From a bacterium (GTDB lineage: Bacteria > Zhuqueibacterota > Zhuqueibacteria > Oceanimicrobiales > Oceanimicrobiaceae): a stretch of 18,194 nucleotides of DNA. The position numbers were made by a program, and so were the translations under genes. The stretch covers positions 1 through 18,194 of the forward strand of contig JBHHXN010000109.1 of the NCBI GenBank assembly GCA_046757025.1. Direction: 5' to 3'. Below the pieces are notes generated by a model, which worked only from the letters and a program-made list of their open reading frames with translations, was not told where the DNA came from and ran no database searches. This document shows, one piece after another, positions 7,012 to 16,400 of this stretch; the first letter of the stretch is position 1; each line of letters starts with the position of its first letter.

Positions 7012-10000
7012 TCATTTAGAGTTTGCCGGTGAATTTTTTATGGTAAATTTCAGGCCATCGATCAGCTCGTAAACCACCGGAATCACCACCAGTGTTAGAA
7101 TGGTGGAGGTGACCAGGCCGCCGATGACGGCGATGGCCATGGGTGCCCGCAAGCGCGCGCCTTCCCCGAGACCAATGGTCAGCGGCAGCAAAGCCAAAAT
7201 GGTGGTGGCGCTGGTCATGAGAATGGGCCGCAGGCGATCACGGCCGGCTTGCAGGATGGCTGCCCGCAACGGTTGACCGGCTCTGCGCAGTCGATTGACG
7301 TAATCAACCAGCACGATGGCATCGTTGGCCGCGATGCCCGCCAGCATGATCACCCCGATGTAGGCCATGACGCTCAACGGTTCTCCCACCAGCAGAAAAG
7401 CAAACACCACGCCCACGCCCGCCAGAGGGAGCGTCAGCAAAATGGTGAAAGGATGTTTTAAACTTTCAAACAAGGACGCCAGCACCATGTACACCAGAAT
7501 CACCGACAAAATCAAGGCAAATTTCATTTGTGAAAACGATTCCTGGCGGGAGGCTTCTTCACCCGCAAAGCTCAGCTCGTAGCCGGCGGGCAGGGGGAAA
7601 TTGCTCAGAACCGATTCCACCGAAGCGATGGCCTGGCTCAATTTCTGGCCTTTTGGCAGTTGGGCCGTCACCTGTGCTACCCGGGTTTGGTTGTGCCGCT
7701 GAATTTCTCGGGGACCCTGATTGGGCGTCAGCTCGGCCACATCGTGCAGACGCACCACGGCGCCACTGGAAGTTTGAATGGGCAAATTCTGCAGCTCGCC
7801 CAGCGACATTCGTGGAAAGGCCAGCCGGATATCGCGGTCATTACCTTCGCTGTAAAAATCAGTGACCACCTCGCCAGCTAACCGCTGTTTTACCATCTGA
7901 CCGATTTGCTGAATATCCAGCCCCAAATTAGCTACCAGCAGCCGGTCCACGCGCAGATGGACTTCTGGCAGCGATTTTTGAAAACTGGTCTCCACATTCG
8001 GCAGACCGGCGGTGTTCTCCAGCGTGTTTACCAAACGGTTACTTAATTCCTCCAACCTTTGTAAATCGTTGCCGCGAATTTCCACCCGGATGGGCGCGCC
8101 GCCGCTGCCAATAGTTTGCTGCAGGCTGCTCTCCCGAATCTGGTAGTTCACCGACATGTCAGGGATGTTCAAAACCGGTTTCAAAGTGGCGATGGCTTTG
8201 GCCGGCGTCAAGCTGCCTTTTTCAGCAGCCAGATTGAGCGTCAATTCCGCGCGGTGCTCGCTCTTTTGCAGGCCGCTGAAAAAGACGTTTTTCGACGACT
8301 GCACATTGACCGTCGAAAATATTTCCTTCACGTCGCGGCCAAGAACCTGGCGTATGCGCGCTTCTACACCGGCGAGGGCGGCGGTGGTTTTTTCCAGGGG
8401 CGTACCCGGTGGCAAATCGATTTCTACTTGAACTTGATTTTCGGCGCTACGCGGCACAAATTCCGAACCCACCACCGGCAGCAGCAAGCCCGCGGCCGCC
8501 AGCATTATTAGCGCGGTCAAAACCACAGTCAAGCGGTGCTGCAACGCCCAGCTCAGAATTTTTTCATAAGCAGGCAGCCGCAGAACTTTAGTTTGAATCG
8601 CATTATCTTTGCTGGCAAAAAATCGCGCCGCCAGCGTTGGAATCAACAGAAACGCCACCAGCAGGGAAGACAGCAGCGAAAACGCCACCACCCAGGCTTG
8701 CTCTTTGAACAGCTCAGCCGCTATGCCGCGCACAAACACGATGGGTAAAAATACGATGATGGTGGTGAGGGTAGAGGCCACAATGGCGACCCCCACTTCT
8801 GAGGAACCCCGCACCGCAGCCTCATCGACGGCTTCTCCCAATTGCCGGCGCCGAAAAATATTTTCAATCACTACGATGGCGTTATCCACCAACATGCCGG
8901 CGCCCAGCGCCAGACCTCCCAGGGTCATGACATTGAGTGTCAGCTTTTGAAAATACATCAAAGTAAAAGTGGCTAAAATGGAAATGGGAATGGCCAGACT
9001 GATGATCAGCGTCGCGCCCAGATTGCGCAGAAAGGCATACAATGTCAGCACCGCCAGAATGATTCCGACGATGGCGGTGGTTTTCACTTCCCCGATGGCT
9101 GCGGAAATAAAATTCGCCTGGCTGTAGATGGGTGAAAATCGCAGCTCGGACAGGTCATCTTGCATGCGCTGCATCTCACCTTGAACCTGCTGGGCCACGC
9201 GCACGGTGTTTTCCTGAGACTCCTTAAAAATGTACAGACCCACGCTTTGCTGACCGTTCAGCCGCACTTCATCGGAACGCTCTTTGGGGAGATAGCGAAC
9301 TTTTGCCACATCCGACAAAAAAATCGATACTTTGTCCGGAGCGTAAACCTGACCGGCCTGCTGCCTGCCAACCTGGGCGGAATCCGCGCCGCTGTTGGTG
9401 CGCTGTTTGTAGCCCACCACCGTCGCTGCCACTTCAGCAATGTCTGCGTATTTGCCGATACCCTTGATCAGATAAGCCTTATCCTGCTGTACCAGTCGGC
9501 CGCCGGAAGCGTTGGCGTTGGCCTGAGTGATCTTGCTGGCGATGTCAGACGGCGTCAGGTTGTAGGCTTGCAGCAGATATTCATCCAGTTCCACCCGCAC
9601 CTCGCGTTTAATGCCGCCGTAAATTTGCACTCGCGCCACCCCGTCAAGCTGCTCCAGATTGCGCTTGACTACGTCTTCGGCGATGCGCCGCAGCTCATCC
9701 AGATCGTGCTCGCTTTCCGCGCTCGCCGTCAGCGCGTAGATCATGATGGGCTCTTCCTGGGGGTCGTACCGAGCCACCGTCAGCGCGTCCACCTCGGGAT
9801 CCGATTCAAAACTGGCGACCTGCTTCTGCACGTCCAACAGCGCAAAATCCATGTCCGTACCCCAGCTAAAGGTGGCGGTGATCAAAATGCGGCCCACGCT
9901 GCAGACAGACTGCACGTCAACGACTTTGCTGACGGTTCCCAGGGCGCCTTCCAGACTGCGGGCAAAGCGCTGCTCCATTTCCTGAGGTGAGCGCTCGCCG

Positions 10001-10152
10001 GATTGAATTTCCACCACGATGCGGGGATTGTAAATGGCCGGCAACAAATCCGTGCCCAGCCGATCAAAGGAAATCACGCCCAGGATGACGATGGCCAGCA
10101 TGAGCATGGTGACGGTGACGGGGTATTTGACGGAAAATTTTGGTAGGTTCAT
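7012..10152 (-). CDS. Efflux RND transporter permease (AcrB/AcrD/AcrF family)
   Basis: 1046 aa with SVKYPVT, GMLVDNAIVVIENI, ASTLTT, LASLFES, RLRPILMTS and VIPVVY motifs. Hydrophobicity pattern of 12 TM with two large periplasmic loops. Confidence 0.96.
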   Translation of the reverse strand: MNLPKFSVKYPVTVTMLMLAIVILGVISFDRLGTDLLPAIYNPRIVVEIQSGERSPQEMEQRFARSLEGALGTVSKVVDVQSVCSVGRILITATFSWGTDMDFALLDVQKQVASFESDPEVDALTVARYDPQEEPIMIYALTASAESEHDLDELRRIAEDVVKRNLEQLDGVARVQIYGGIKREVRVELDEYLLQAYNLTPSDIASKITQANANASGGRLVQQDKAYLIKGIGKYADIAEVAATVVGYKQRTNSGADSAQVGRQQAGQVYAPDKVSIFLSDVAKVRYLPKERSDEVRLNGQQSVGLYIFKESQENTVRVAQQVQGEMQRMQDDLSELRFSPIYSQANFISAAIGEVKTTAIVGIILAVLTLYAFLRNLGATLIISLAIPISILATFTLMYFQKLTLNVMTLGGLALGAGMLVDNAIVVIENIFRRRQLGEAVDEAAVRGSSEVGVAIVASTLTTIIVFLPIVFVRGIAAELFKEQAWVVAFSLLSSLLVAFLLIPTLAARFFASKDNAIQTKVLRLPAYEKILSWALQHRLTVVLTALIMLAAAGLLLPVVGSEFVPRSAENQVQVEIDLPPGTPLEKTTAALAGVEARIRQVLGRDVKEIFSTVNVQSSKNVFFSGLQKSEHRAELTLNLAAEKGSLTPAKAIATLKPVLNIPDMSVNYQIRESSLQQTIGSGGAPIRVEIRGNDLQRLEELSNRLVNTLENTAGLPNVETSFQKSLPEVHLRVDRLLVANLGLDIQQIGQMVKQRLAGEVVTDFYSEGNDRDIRLAFPRMSLGELQNLPIQTSSGAVVRLHDVAELTPNQGPREIQRHNQTRVAQVTAQLPKGQKLSQAIASVESVLSNFPLPAGYELSFAGEEASRQESFSQMKFALILSVILVYMVLASLFESLKHPFTILLTLPLAGVGVVFAFLLVGEPLSVMAYIGVIMLAGIAANDAIVLVDYVNRLRRAGQPLRAAILQAGRDRLRPILMTSATTILALLPLTIGLGEGARLRAPMAIAVIGGLVTSTILTLVVIPVVYELIDGLKFTIKNSPANSK

Positions 10153-10216
10153 AATTAAGTTTTATATATTGCTTTTTGACGGTTTTCAGCTTTACTCAGC
10201 AAATTTCAATGTTCGT

Positions 10217-10243
10217 TTCATTCCTGCGAATGCAGGAATCTCC
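10217..10243. repeat. REP-like palindrome, left copy (ATTCCTGC-GAAT-GCAGGAAT)
   Basis: 8-bp perfect stem with 4-nt loop. Matches the reverse complement of 10577-10603 at 23/27 positions. Confidence 0.85.
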
Positions 10244-10501
10244 TTCTTTTTTCCTGAGTGATAGCGGAAGTAATATCTTATGTTTGTTGAAACCACTCGA
10301 GCATGTGGCAATGGTATTTTTTAGTAAATCCATCACTCAATCCCCTTTTGTGTTCATAAACACGTCGAATAAGATTGTTCGTTACACCGATGTAAAGTAC
10401 GTTGTTAAACGGTTCAGATTGTGGCTCGCAAAAAACGCTCACACAATCTAACCTTATTCGTTATGTTTGTATGCCATCATGTACACGTAGTATGTTTCCA
10501 T
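10218..10501 (-). pseudogene. GIY-YIG nuclease (YhbQ/UPF0213-like) pseudogene
   Basis: Removing 56 bp (10405-10460) restores METYYVYMMAYKHNNVLYIGVTNNLIRRVYEHKRGLSDGFTKKYHCHMLEWFQQT*DITSAITQEKR, which carries the YVY...LYIGVT..L.RR..EH...FTKKY...SAI..EK signature. There is an internal TAA at 10278-10280, and the usual C-terminal segment is missing because the frame runs into the left palindrome. Confidence 0.9.
10404..10466 (+). mobile_element. 56-bp attC-like hairpin insertion within the GIY-YIG gene
   Basis: G|TTAAAC-GGTTCAGATTGTG-GCTCGCAAAAAACGCTCA-CACAATCTAACC-TTATTC-G|TTATGT. 12-bp stem with one unpaired C; GTTA directly repeated at 10404 and 10460; precise removal restores the reading frame. 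The insertion is well supported, while the attC identity is an inference. Confidence 0.6.
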
Positions 10502-10576
10502 AGTTCCACTACCCGGAACATGTTTTTACTTTATTGAAGGATAGGAATTCTTTTCTCACTTATTTACATTGAATCG

Positions 10577-10603
10577 GGAAACTCCTGCATTCGCAGGAGT
10601 GAC
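10577..10603. repeat. REP-like palindrome, right copy (ACTCCTGC-ATTC-GCAGGAGT-GAC)
   Basis: 8-bp perfect stem, inverted relative to the left copy. On the minus strand it reads GTCACTCCTGCGAATGCAGGAGT upstream of the GIY-YIG start. Confidence 0.85.
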
Positions 10604-10695
10604 ACCTGAATGGTTCGAAAAAACAGCCCTGCATTCACACTAATTTGCATGGATTAATTGGGTCATTTTATTAAAATTTTCCAGATTCAATTCGC

Positions 10696-11754
10696 TTACT
10701 CCGTCACCCGCACTTTGGATTTGTCACGCAGGGTTTCCTGGCCTTTCACCACCAGGCGTTCGTTTTCAGCCAGACCGCTGACGATCTCGATCTCTTCCCG
10801 GCCTTCGATGCCGGTTTCCACTTGGCGTAGCTCGGCGCTGACGCCCTGCACCACAAATACCACCGGGCGGTTGTCCCGGGTCTGCATAGCGCTTTTGGGA
10901 ATGATCACGACGTGGCTGTGCTCTTCCACCACAATGTCGGTTTTGACAAACATCCCCGGTCGCAGTTTACTGTGGCGGTTTTCTGCCTGAATGGTCACGG
11001 TAAACGTGCGAGTCTGCGGGTCGATGGCGGGATCGATTGCCACCACCTGACCGATAAATATTTCATCCTGCAAGGCATAATTGCTGATATTTACTTTTTG
11101 TCCCGGCTGAATTCTCCCCATGTCCGAATTGGGCAGGTTTACGCGCACGATGACGTTTTCATAATCCATGACCGTGCAAAACTGAAATCCAGCTGGCACG
11201 CGCGTTCCAACGGCATGCGCCGGCAGGTTGGCGAGAATGCCGCTAATGGGCGCCTTGAGCTGAAGTTTTTGGGCTTTTAAAATGGCGGTTTCGTAGTTGA
11301 GCCGGGCATCCAGGGCCGTGCGGCGCGCAATCTCCAGCTCCTTTTCGGTCACGCCCCCTTCTTTGAAAAGCACTTCCTGCTTGGCTAACTCGCGTTGAGC
11401 ATTGGTCATGGCCAATTTTTGGGATTCCACACGAATTTCCAGAAGGTATTCCGGATTCTCTAGCTCTGCCAGAATCTGATCGGGTTTCACCCGGGCGCCG
11501 GCTTTGATCAGGCCGCCGTTATTTTGTGCCAAATGCAAAATGCCCGGCACCTCCGCGATTACCCGCTCCTCCTTTTGGGCTTGCAGCGTTCCCGTGGAAG
11601 CAATAAACTCCGCAATCGTGCCCAGTTTGACTTTCTCCACCACCACGGGCATGGATAAGTCTGCTGCGGATTTGTCTTCCCCGCCGTTGCAGGCCAGACC
11701 TAAACAGGTCAGCAAAATCACACTGCTTTTATACCAATTATTCATGCATTTCAT
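10696..11754 (-). CDS. Efflux RND transporter periplasmic adaptor (membrane fusion protein), probable lipoprotein
   Basis: Lipobox-like LGLA|C, lipoyl half motifs (AEVPG, LKAPISG), alpha-hairpin, IDPQTRTF, LRPGMFV, IPKSA and IVSGL...LVVKGQ. GGAG RBS upstream. Confidence 0.95.
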   Translation of the reverse strand: MKCMNNWYKSSVILLTCLGLACNGGEDKSAADLSMPVVVEKVKLGTIAEFIASTGTLQAQKEERVIAEVPGILHLAQNNGGLIKAGARVKPDQILAELENPEYLLEIRVESQKLAMTNAQRELAKQEVLFKEGGVTEKELEIARRTALDARLNYETAILKAQKLQLKAPISGILANLPAHAVGTRVPAGFQFCTVMDYENVIVRVNLPNSDMGRIQPGQKVNISNYALQDEIFIGQVVAIDPAIDPQTRTFTVTIQAENRHSKLRPGMFVKTDIVVEEHSHVVIIPKSAMQTRDNRPVVFVVQGVSAELRQVETGIEGREEIEIVSGLAENERLVVKGQETLRDKSKVRVTE

Positions 11755-11829
11755 AAAGGCTCCAATTTACCGTTAAAATTTTCGCTCTTAAAGTTATCAA
11801 GATTTTTGACCAGATTTACTCACCCATCA

Positions 11830-13356
11830 TTAATCGTTTAAATCAACTTGCACCGGTTGGTTCTTCTCAAAATCCCACAGAGTTTTGCGACGCAGATCGG
11901 ACAGCGCCTGTTTGTAATCGATGATGGCAGAGAGGGAATTTACCCGCGATTGCGTGAGGCGGTTTTGCTCGAGCGCCAGGTCCTGGGAGCTTAAATCGCC
12001 GTTTTCGAATTTCAGCAAACTGATTTTGTAGCTTTTTTCCGCCAGCTCTTCACTTCGTTTGGTGATGTCAATGCGCTGCTGTGCGGAATGCAGGTTGCGC
12101 ACAGCCGCTCGAATCTCCTGTTTGATATTTTCGATGCGGTTTTTCTGAACCAGCCGGTTGCTTTCCAGGTTGGCTTTGGCCGCCTGCACCTGGTAGGAGT
12201 TGCGATTCCAATCCCAGAGTGGAATGGTCAGGCTCAGTGTCACGCTGCGGTCGTCGATGAAATTTTTAAACGCTTTGGTGAGACTGCTGTCGCGTTTAAA
12301 AATGCCATAGCTCAAATTGAGCTGCCCTTTGATTTCTCGCAGCGCATCGGTTTCTTTCACGCTGATGCGGCTTAATTCGATATCGATTTCATCCGTACGC
12401 AGCTCGGTACGGCGCTGCAGGGCTTCCTGCAGGGCTTTCTCCAGGGTCACCTCCACGGGCTGGTAAGTCAATTGCGTGACCGCCTGTACGTCTTCTTCTA
12501 CCGGCAGGCCGATCAAAAGTTTGAAAGCATCTTCTGTTTGTTGCAGAAACGCTTCGCTGGTAGCGGCTTTGTTACGAGCATTAGCCAAATCCACTTCCAG
12601 GCGCAGCACCTCCACTTCCGGCAACAGGCCGGCCTGCTGCTTCAAACTGGCAATGCGGTACGCGTTTTCGGACTGCTTTACCTGAGTTTGATCGATTTCG
12701 AGCTGCTTTTGTGCACCGAATAAAGCATAAAAATTCGTGGTCACATTGTGGATGATATCCAATTGGGTTTTGGTATAAACTTGCTGGGTTTTTTCGAGAT
12801 TGAGCTCGGCTTTGTGAAACTCGGTGCTCAACCGATTCAAAGTAAACAGCGGCTGCTGAAACTGCAAGCGTAGCTGCGGTGAATATTCGATTGGATCATC
12901 GAAGGTCTGCATAACCAAGCCAGATTCCGTGAAAATCGTGCGTTCAAATCGGCCATACTGCTGAAATCGCTGCATGGATGCCACCAGGGAGAACACCCCA
13001 TCGGTGAGCTTGATGGGCTGATTGATGAATAAATCCGCCGACAGATCCATAAACTTTTGGCGGTCGAAACTGAACAGGCCTCCCGCTTCTGGAATTTGAC
13101 GCTCATTGTCCTGAAAATTAGGGAAACGCGAAAATTGCAGCTCACTGTTGCTTTTTAAGCCGGCTTGAGCGGCGCGTAGACTCATCTCGGAATTGATCAG
13201 AGATTGCTCCAGTCGGGCAGAATCGAAGCTCTGATTCAGCGCGATGCTGATGCTTTCTTCCAGCGTTAAAATGCGCGGGCTTTGGGCCATGCCCCACTGG
13301 CTCGATAATAACCCGGAAATCAGGAAAACGATTTGAGTTGACCTTTTCAAATTCAT
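11830..13356 (-). CDS. TolC-family outer membrane efflux protein
   Basis: Signal peptide, then LTLEESISIAL, FQQPLF, LSLTIPLWDW and FENGDLS motifs, with two OEP helical repeats. AAGGGAGG lies upstream. Confidence 0.95.
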   Translation of the reverse strand: MNLKRSTQIVFLISGLLSSQWGMAQSPRILTLEESISIALNQSFDSARLEQSLINSEMSLRAAQAGLKSNSELQFSRFPNFQDNERQIPEAGGLFSFDRQKFMDLSADLFINQPIKLTDGVFSLVASMQRFQQYGRFERTIFTESGLVMQTFDDPIEYSPQLRLQFQQPLFTLNRLSTEFHKAELNLEKTQQVYTKTQLDIIHNVTTNFYALFGAQKQLEIDQTQVKQSENAYRIASLKQQAGLLPEVEVLRLEVDLANARNKAATSEAFLQQTEDAFKLLIGLPVEEDVQAVTQLTYQPVEVTLEKALQEALQRRTELRTDEIDIELSRISVKETDALREIKGQLNLSYGIFKRDSSLTKAFKNFIDDRSVTLSLTIPLWDWNRNSYQVQAAKANLESNRLVQKNRIENIKQEIRAAVRNLHSAQQRIDITKRSEELAEKSYKISLLKFENGDLSSQDLALEQNRLTQSRVNSLSAIIDYKQALSDLRRKTLWDFEKNQPVQVDLND

Positions 13357-13416
13357 ATCCTCCCTTCAAACTGGTTTTCACTTTTTATAATAAATGGTAG
13401 TCTTGTTTTATTCAGA

Positions 13417-16400
13417 TTACGGCACATATTCCCAGCGGATGGCGTCGGCGATCAAGAAACCTTTTCCCACATCTTCCAGCTCCACCACCGCGGGTTTATT
13501 TTGCGTGAAATAATAACGACCCAGCGGATACCAGCCATCCACCGTCTCCTGTGGCTGAAATTCGTAAGGGAATTTCCCATCCGCACTAGTGATGTTCATT
13601 TGAAATGTTTGGCTGAGATTGCGTTTCACCCAGCTTTCACCGGCGTTAAAATAGAAACTCAGCTCGTATTCGCCATCGCGCGGAACCCTGGTTTCCCAAC
13701 GCGCCGGGTAGTCGCCATCGCCGGCTCTTTTCATACGCCAGCCAAAATAGTACTTGCCATACGCGAAGGGGTTGGTGTTTTCCCACCAGCTTTTGCCTTT
13801 CGAAGGCGGCCGCAAATATTTGGTTTCGGGGTTGACGGGCGTAAAAAAACCATCATCCTGATCATCCAGAACAAAAAACATGGAATCGGTGACCGACTGC
13901 ACCGTCAATACCGTGTCGCGCGGCGTTTCCCTTTTAATGCGGTTGGCAAGGGTGATTTGCTTTTTAATTTTGCCGCGATTGCGTGAAAAATACGGCACCA
14001 CTTCGATGGTTTTGGGCAGGTCGGTTAAAGCCAGCAGAATTTCCTTTTCCTCGTAACTCCCTAGCGGTAAATTTCGGCGAATTTTATCGTTTTTGGTTTC
14101 ACACACCAGACGAACAAATCCATCGCCTCTCTCGCCATTCTGCACACGAGCGGTTACTTGATAAACGATTTTCATTTTACCCGTGTCCAATTTTTCCGCT
14201 TCCGCTTTGGTAATGCGGTAACCTGGAAAGGTGGCCTGATCAAACCACTGCCTGAAAAAATCCTGCACGTCCACCGAAGCTGCCGACTGCACCGTGCGTA
14301 AAAAATCTTCCCGACTGACTCTTTGATAGCGCTTCTCTTTCAGCAATTTTTTCAGCGCTTGCAGATAGTTATTTTCGCCGATCCGTTCCTGCATCATTTG
14401 TAAAACAGGCGGTGCTTTATAATCCACACAGGCGCGGTACACGTTGCCGTCGGTTTCCGGACGCAGGGAGGTCAACGGCCACTTGCTCAATTTGACGATG
14501 ATGGTGTCGATCTCAACGTGATAACGCCGCCGGGTGGCCCACCGCCATTCATTTTGCCGCATGCGGTCGAAGCTGCTCAAAGCGGCGTTCCAGCGATCGG
14601 GATAAAACAGATCGCGGATCTTGCGTTCACACGATTCATACAACTGCAATTCCAGCCCCCGGCGCAGCACCGGGTCGGCGAAATCTAACTGAAAATGCAA
14701 GTAATTCGGAATCGGTGAGATCAGGGTGCTGTCCCGGCGCCAGAGGCGATCGGAGAGAAAAATATCCAGCACCAGCTCGATGAACACATCCCGCTTAATC
14801 TTTTTCGGGGAATCATCCCGACCACGTTTGCGGGCACGTTTGGTTTTGCTTTCGATCACTTTCGCAATGCGTTTGCTGGCCACGGTCACTTCGTCGATCC
14901 AAATCACGCCGGGTTGCTGCAAAATATTGTTCAATCCATGGCGGGTGGGATAGACTTGCATCTGCAAGGGCACTTCCACTACTACCAGTTTTTCGTACGG
15001 GTAAATCGCTCCGGTGACTTCTTCAAACAGGTCAAAAATGCGGTCCACCGCTTCAAAGCAGGTGTCTGCCACGTCCGCAAACTCCTCATAGTCCAGCAAA
15101 TGCTTTTCGCGAAAATAAAGCTGGATTTCCATGTGTTTAAAAGAATGCGCCAGTCGTTTGTACTTACCGATGTTCAAAGAGAAACCTGGAACCGGCGTCG
15201 TTACTTCAAACCGCCAGACTTTTTTAGCACCGCTTTCGGTTTCGCTGACTTTGGTTCCCTGGGTGATCACGCTCAAATCGGGCTGTGTTTGCACAAGTAC
15301 GACGGCAGTGGTAAAATTTTTGGAATTCTCTGCGGCAAAGTCATATCCAGCCGCAGCGCCGGGCACGGGATACCAGCCGCATTGCGCCGGTAAAACCGCA
15401 AAATCCCGGCTGAGCCAGGCTGAAATATTGCCCTGAGTCCAGGGGCCGTTGGTTTTGTCGATGAGCCCTTTCTGGTCGGGTAAGCGATCGAGCATGAAAC
15501 CATCGGCATCGATTTTGCCGGCGTAAACCACCACCATCGTATCGACAGAATTGGGCGGCAAAGGCCGATCTGCCATGTCCAGTTGCAGAAGTTGATTGCT
15601 ATGAACGTGGGAAATGGCTTGTCCGTCGTGCCAGCGCACCTGCTGCACCCGCAAGCCGCTATTCAACGAAAACACCAGCTCTGCTAACGGCTGATTGTGT
15701 GGATTGGTTACCGCCATTTTGGCGGTCACCTGCAACGGGTCGCGCTCGTCACTAAATTTGATGTAAAAATCATAATGGCTTACCCGGCAGGCGGGCTTTG
15801 CGCGCCAATCCTTTTGAAATGCCAGATCCGTTTGTCTGGCGGCCATGATTTTTTTACTCTGCTGAACCAACCCGTAGCCCACTCCCGTTGCGGCGAAAAG
15901 AAAGCTGAATGCCAGCACCTGTGTCAATCGATGCGACCAGACCGACTGCCGCAGCCTCGGATAGAGCAGCACGGAAAATCCCAGCAATGACAAGGCCAGC
16001 AAAACGAAAAATAATCGCTGCCAAAGAACGATTCGAATATCGCCAAATCCGATGAGATCGCTCCAGAACAGCGGCGCAAAAAAACCGGCGTAGTCGAGCA
16101 AGCCCGAGAACTTATGATGAAAATAAAACCAGATGGAAGCGACATACCCCCCTGCTAAAATGATGGCCATAAACTGCACGCGCAGCAAACTTACCAGGAA
16201 AAACACCAGGGCGGTCATAAACAAAATCGCGGGCACGGTCGCCACCACAAAATATTCGATAAAAGGCAAAACATTAAAACCCGTGTCGGTGAAAATCATT
16301 TTCATAATCCGGCCGGCGGTAGCCAACAGCATTAAAAATATGTTCAGATACAGGAGCGCACTCACCACGCCTAGGTATTTACCCAGCACCCAGTTGGCCG

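Noticed and set aside
10176..10451. 91-aa plus-strand ORF
   Set aside because: It is antisense to the GIY-YIG pseudogene and crosses the palindrome and the 56-bp insert.
15130..15150. HSFKH as a zinc-binding motif in the M1-like domain
   Set aside because: It lacks the catalytic Glu and lies well upstream of the position expected for HEXXH.
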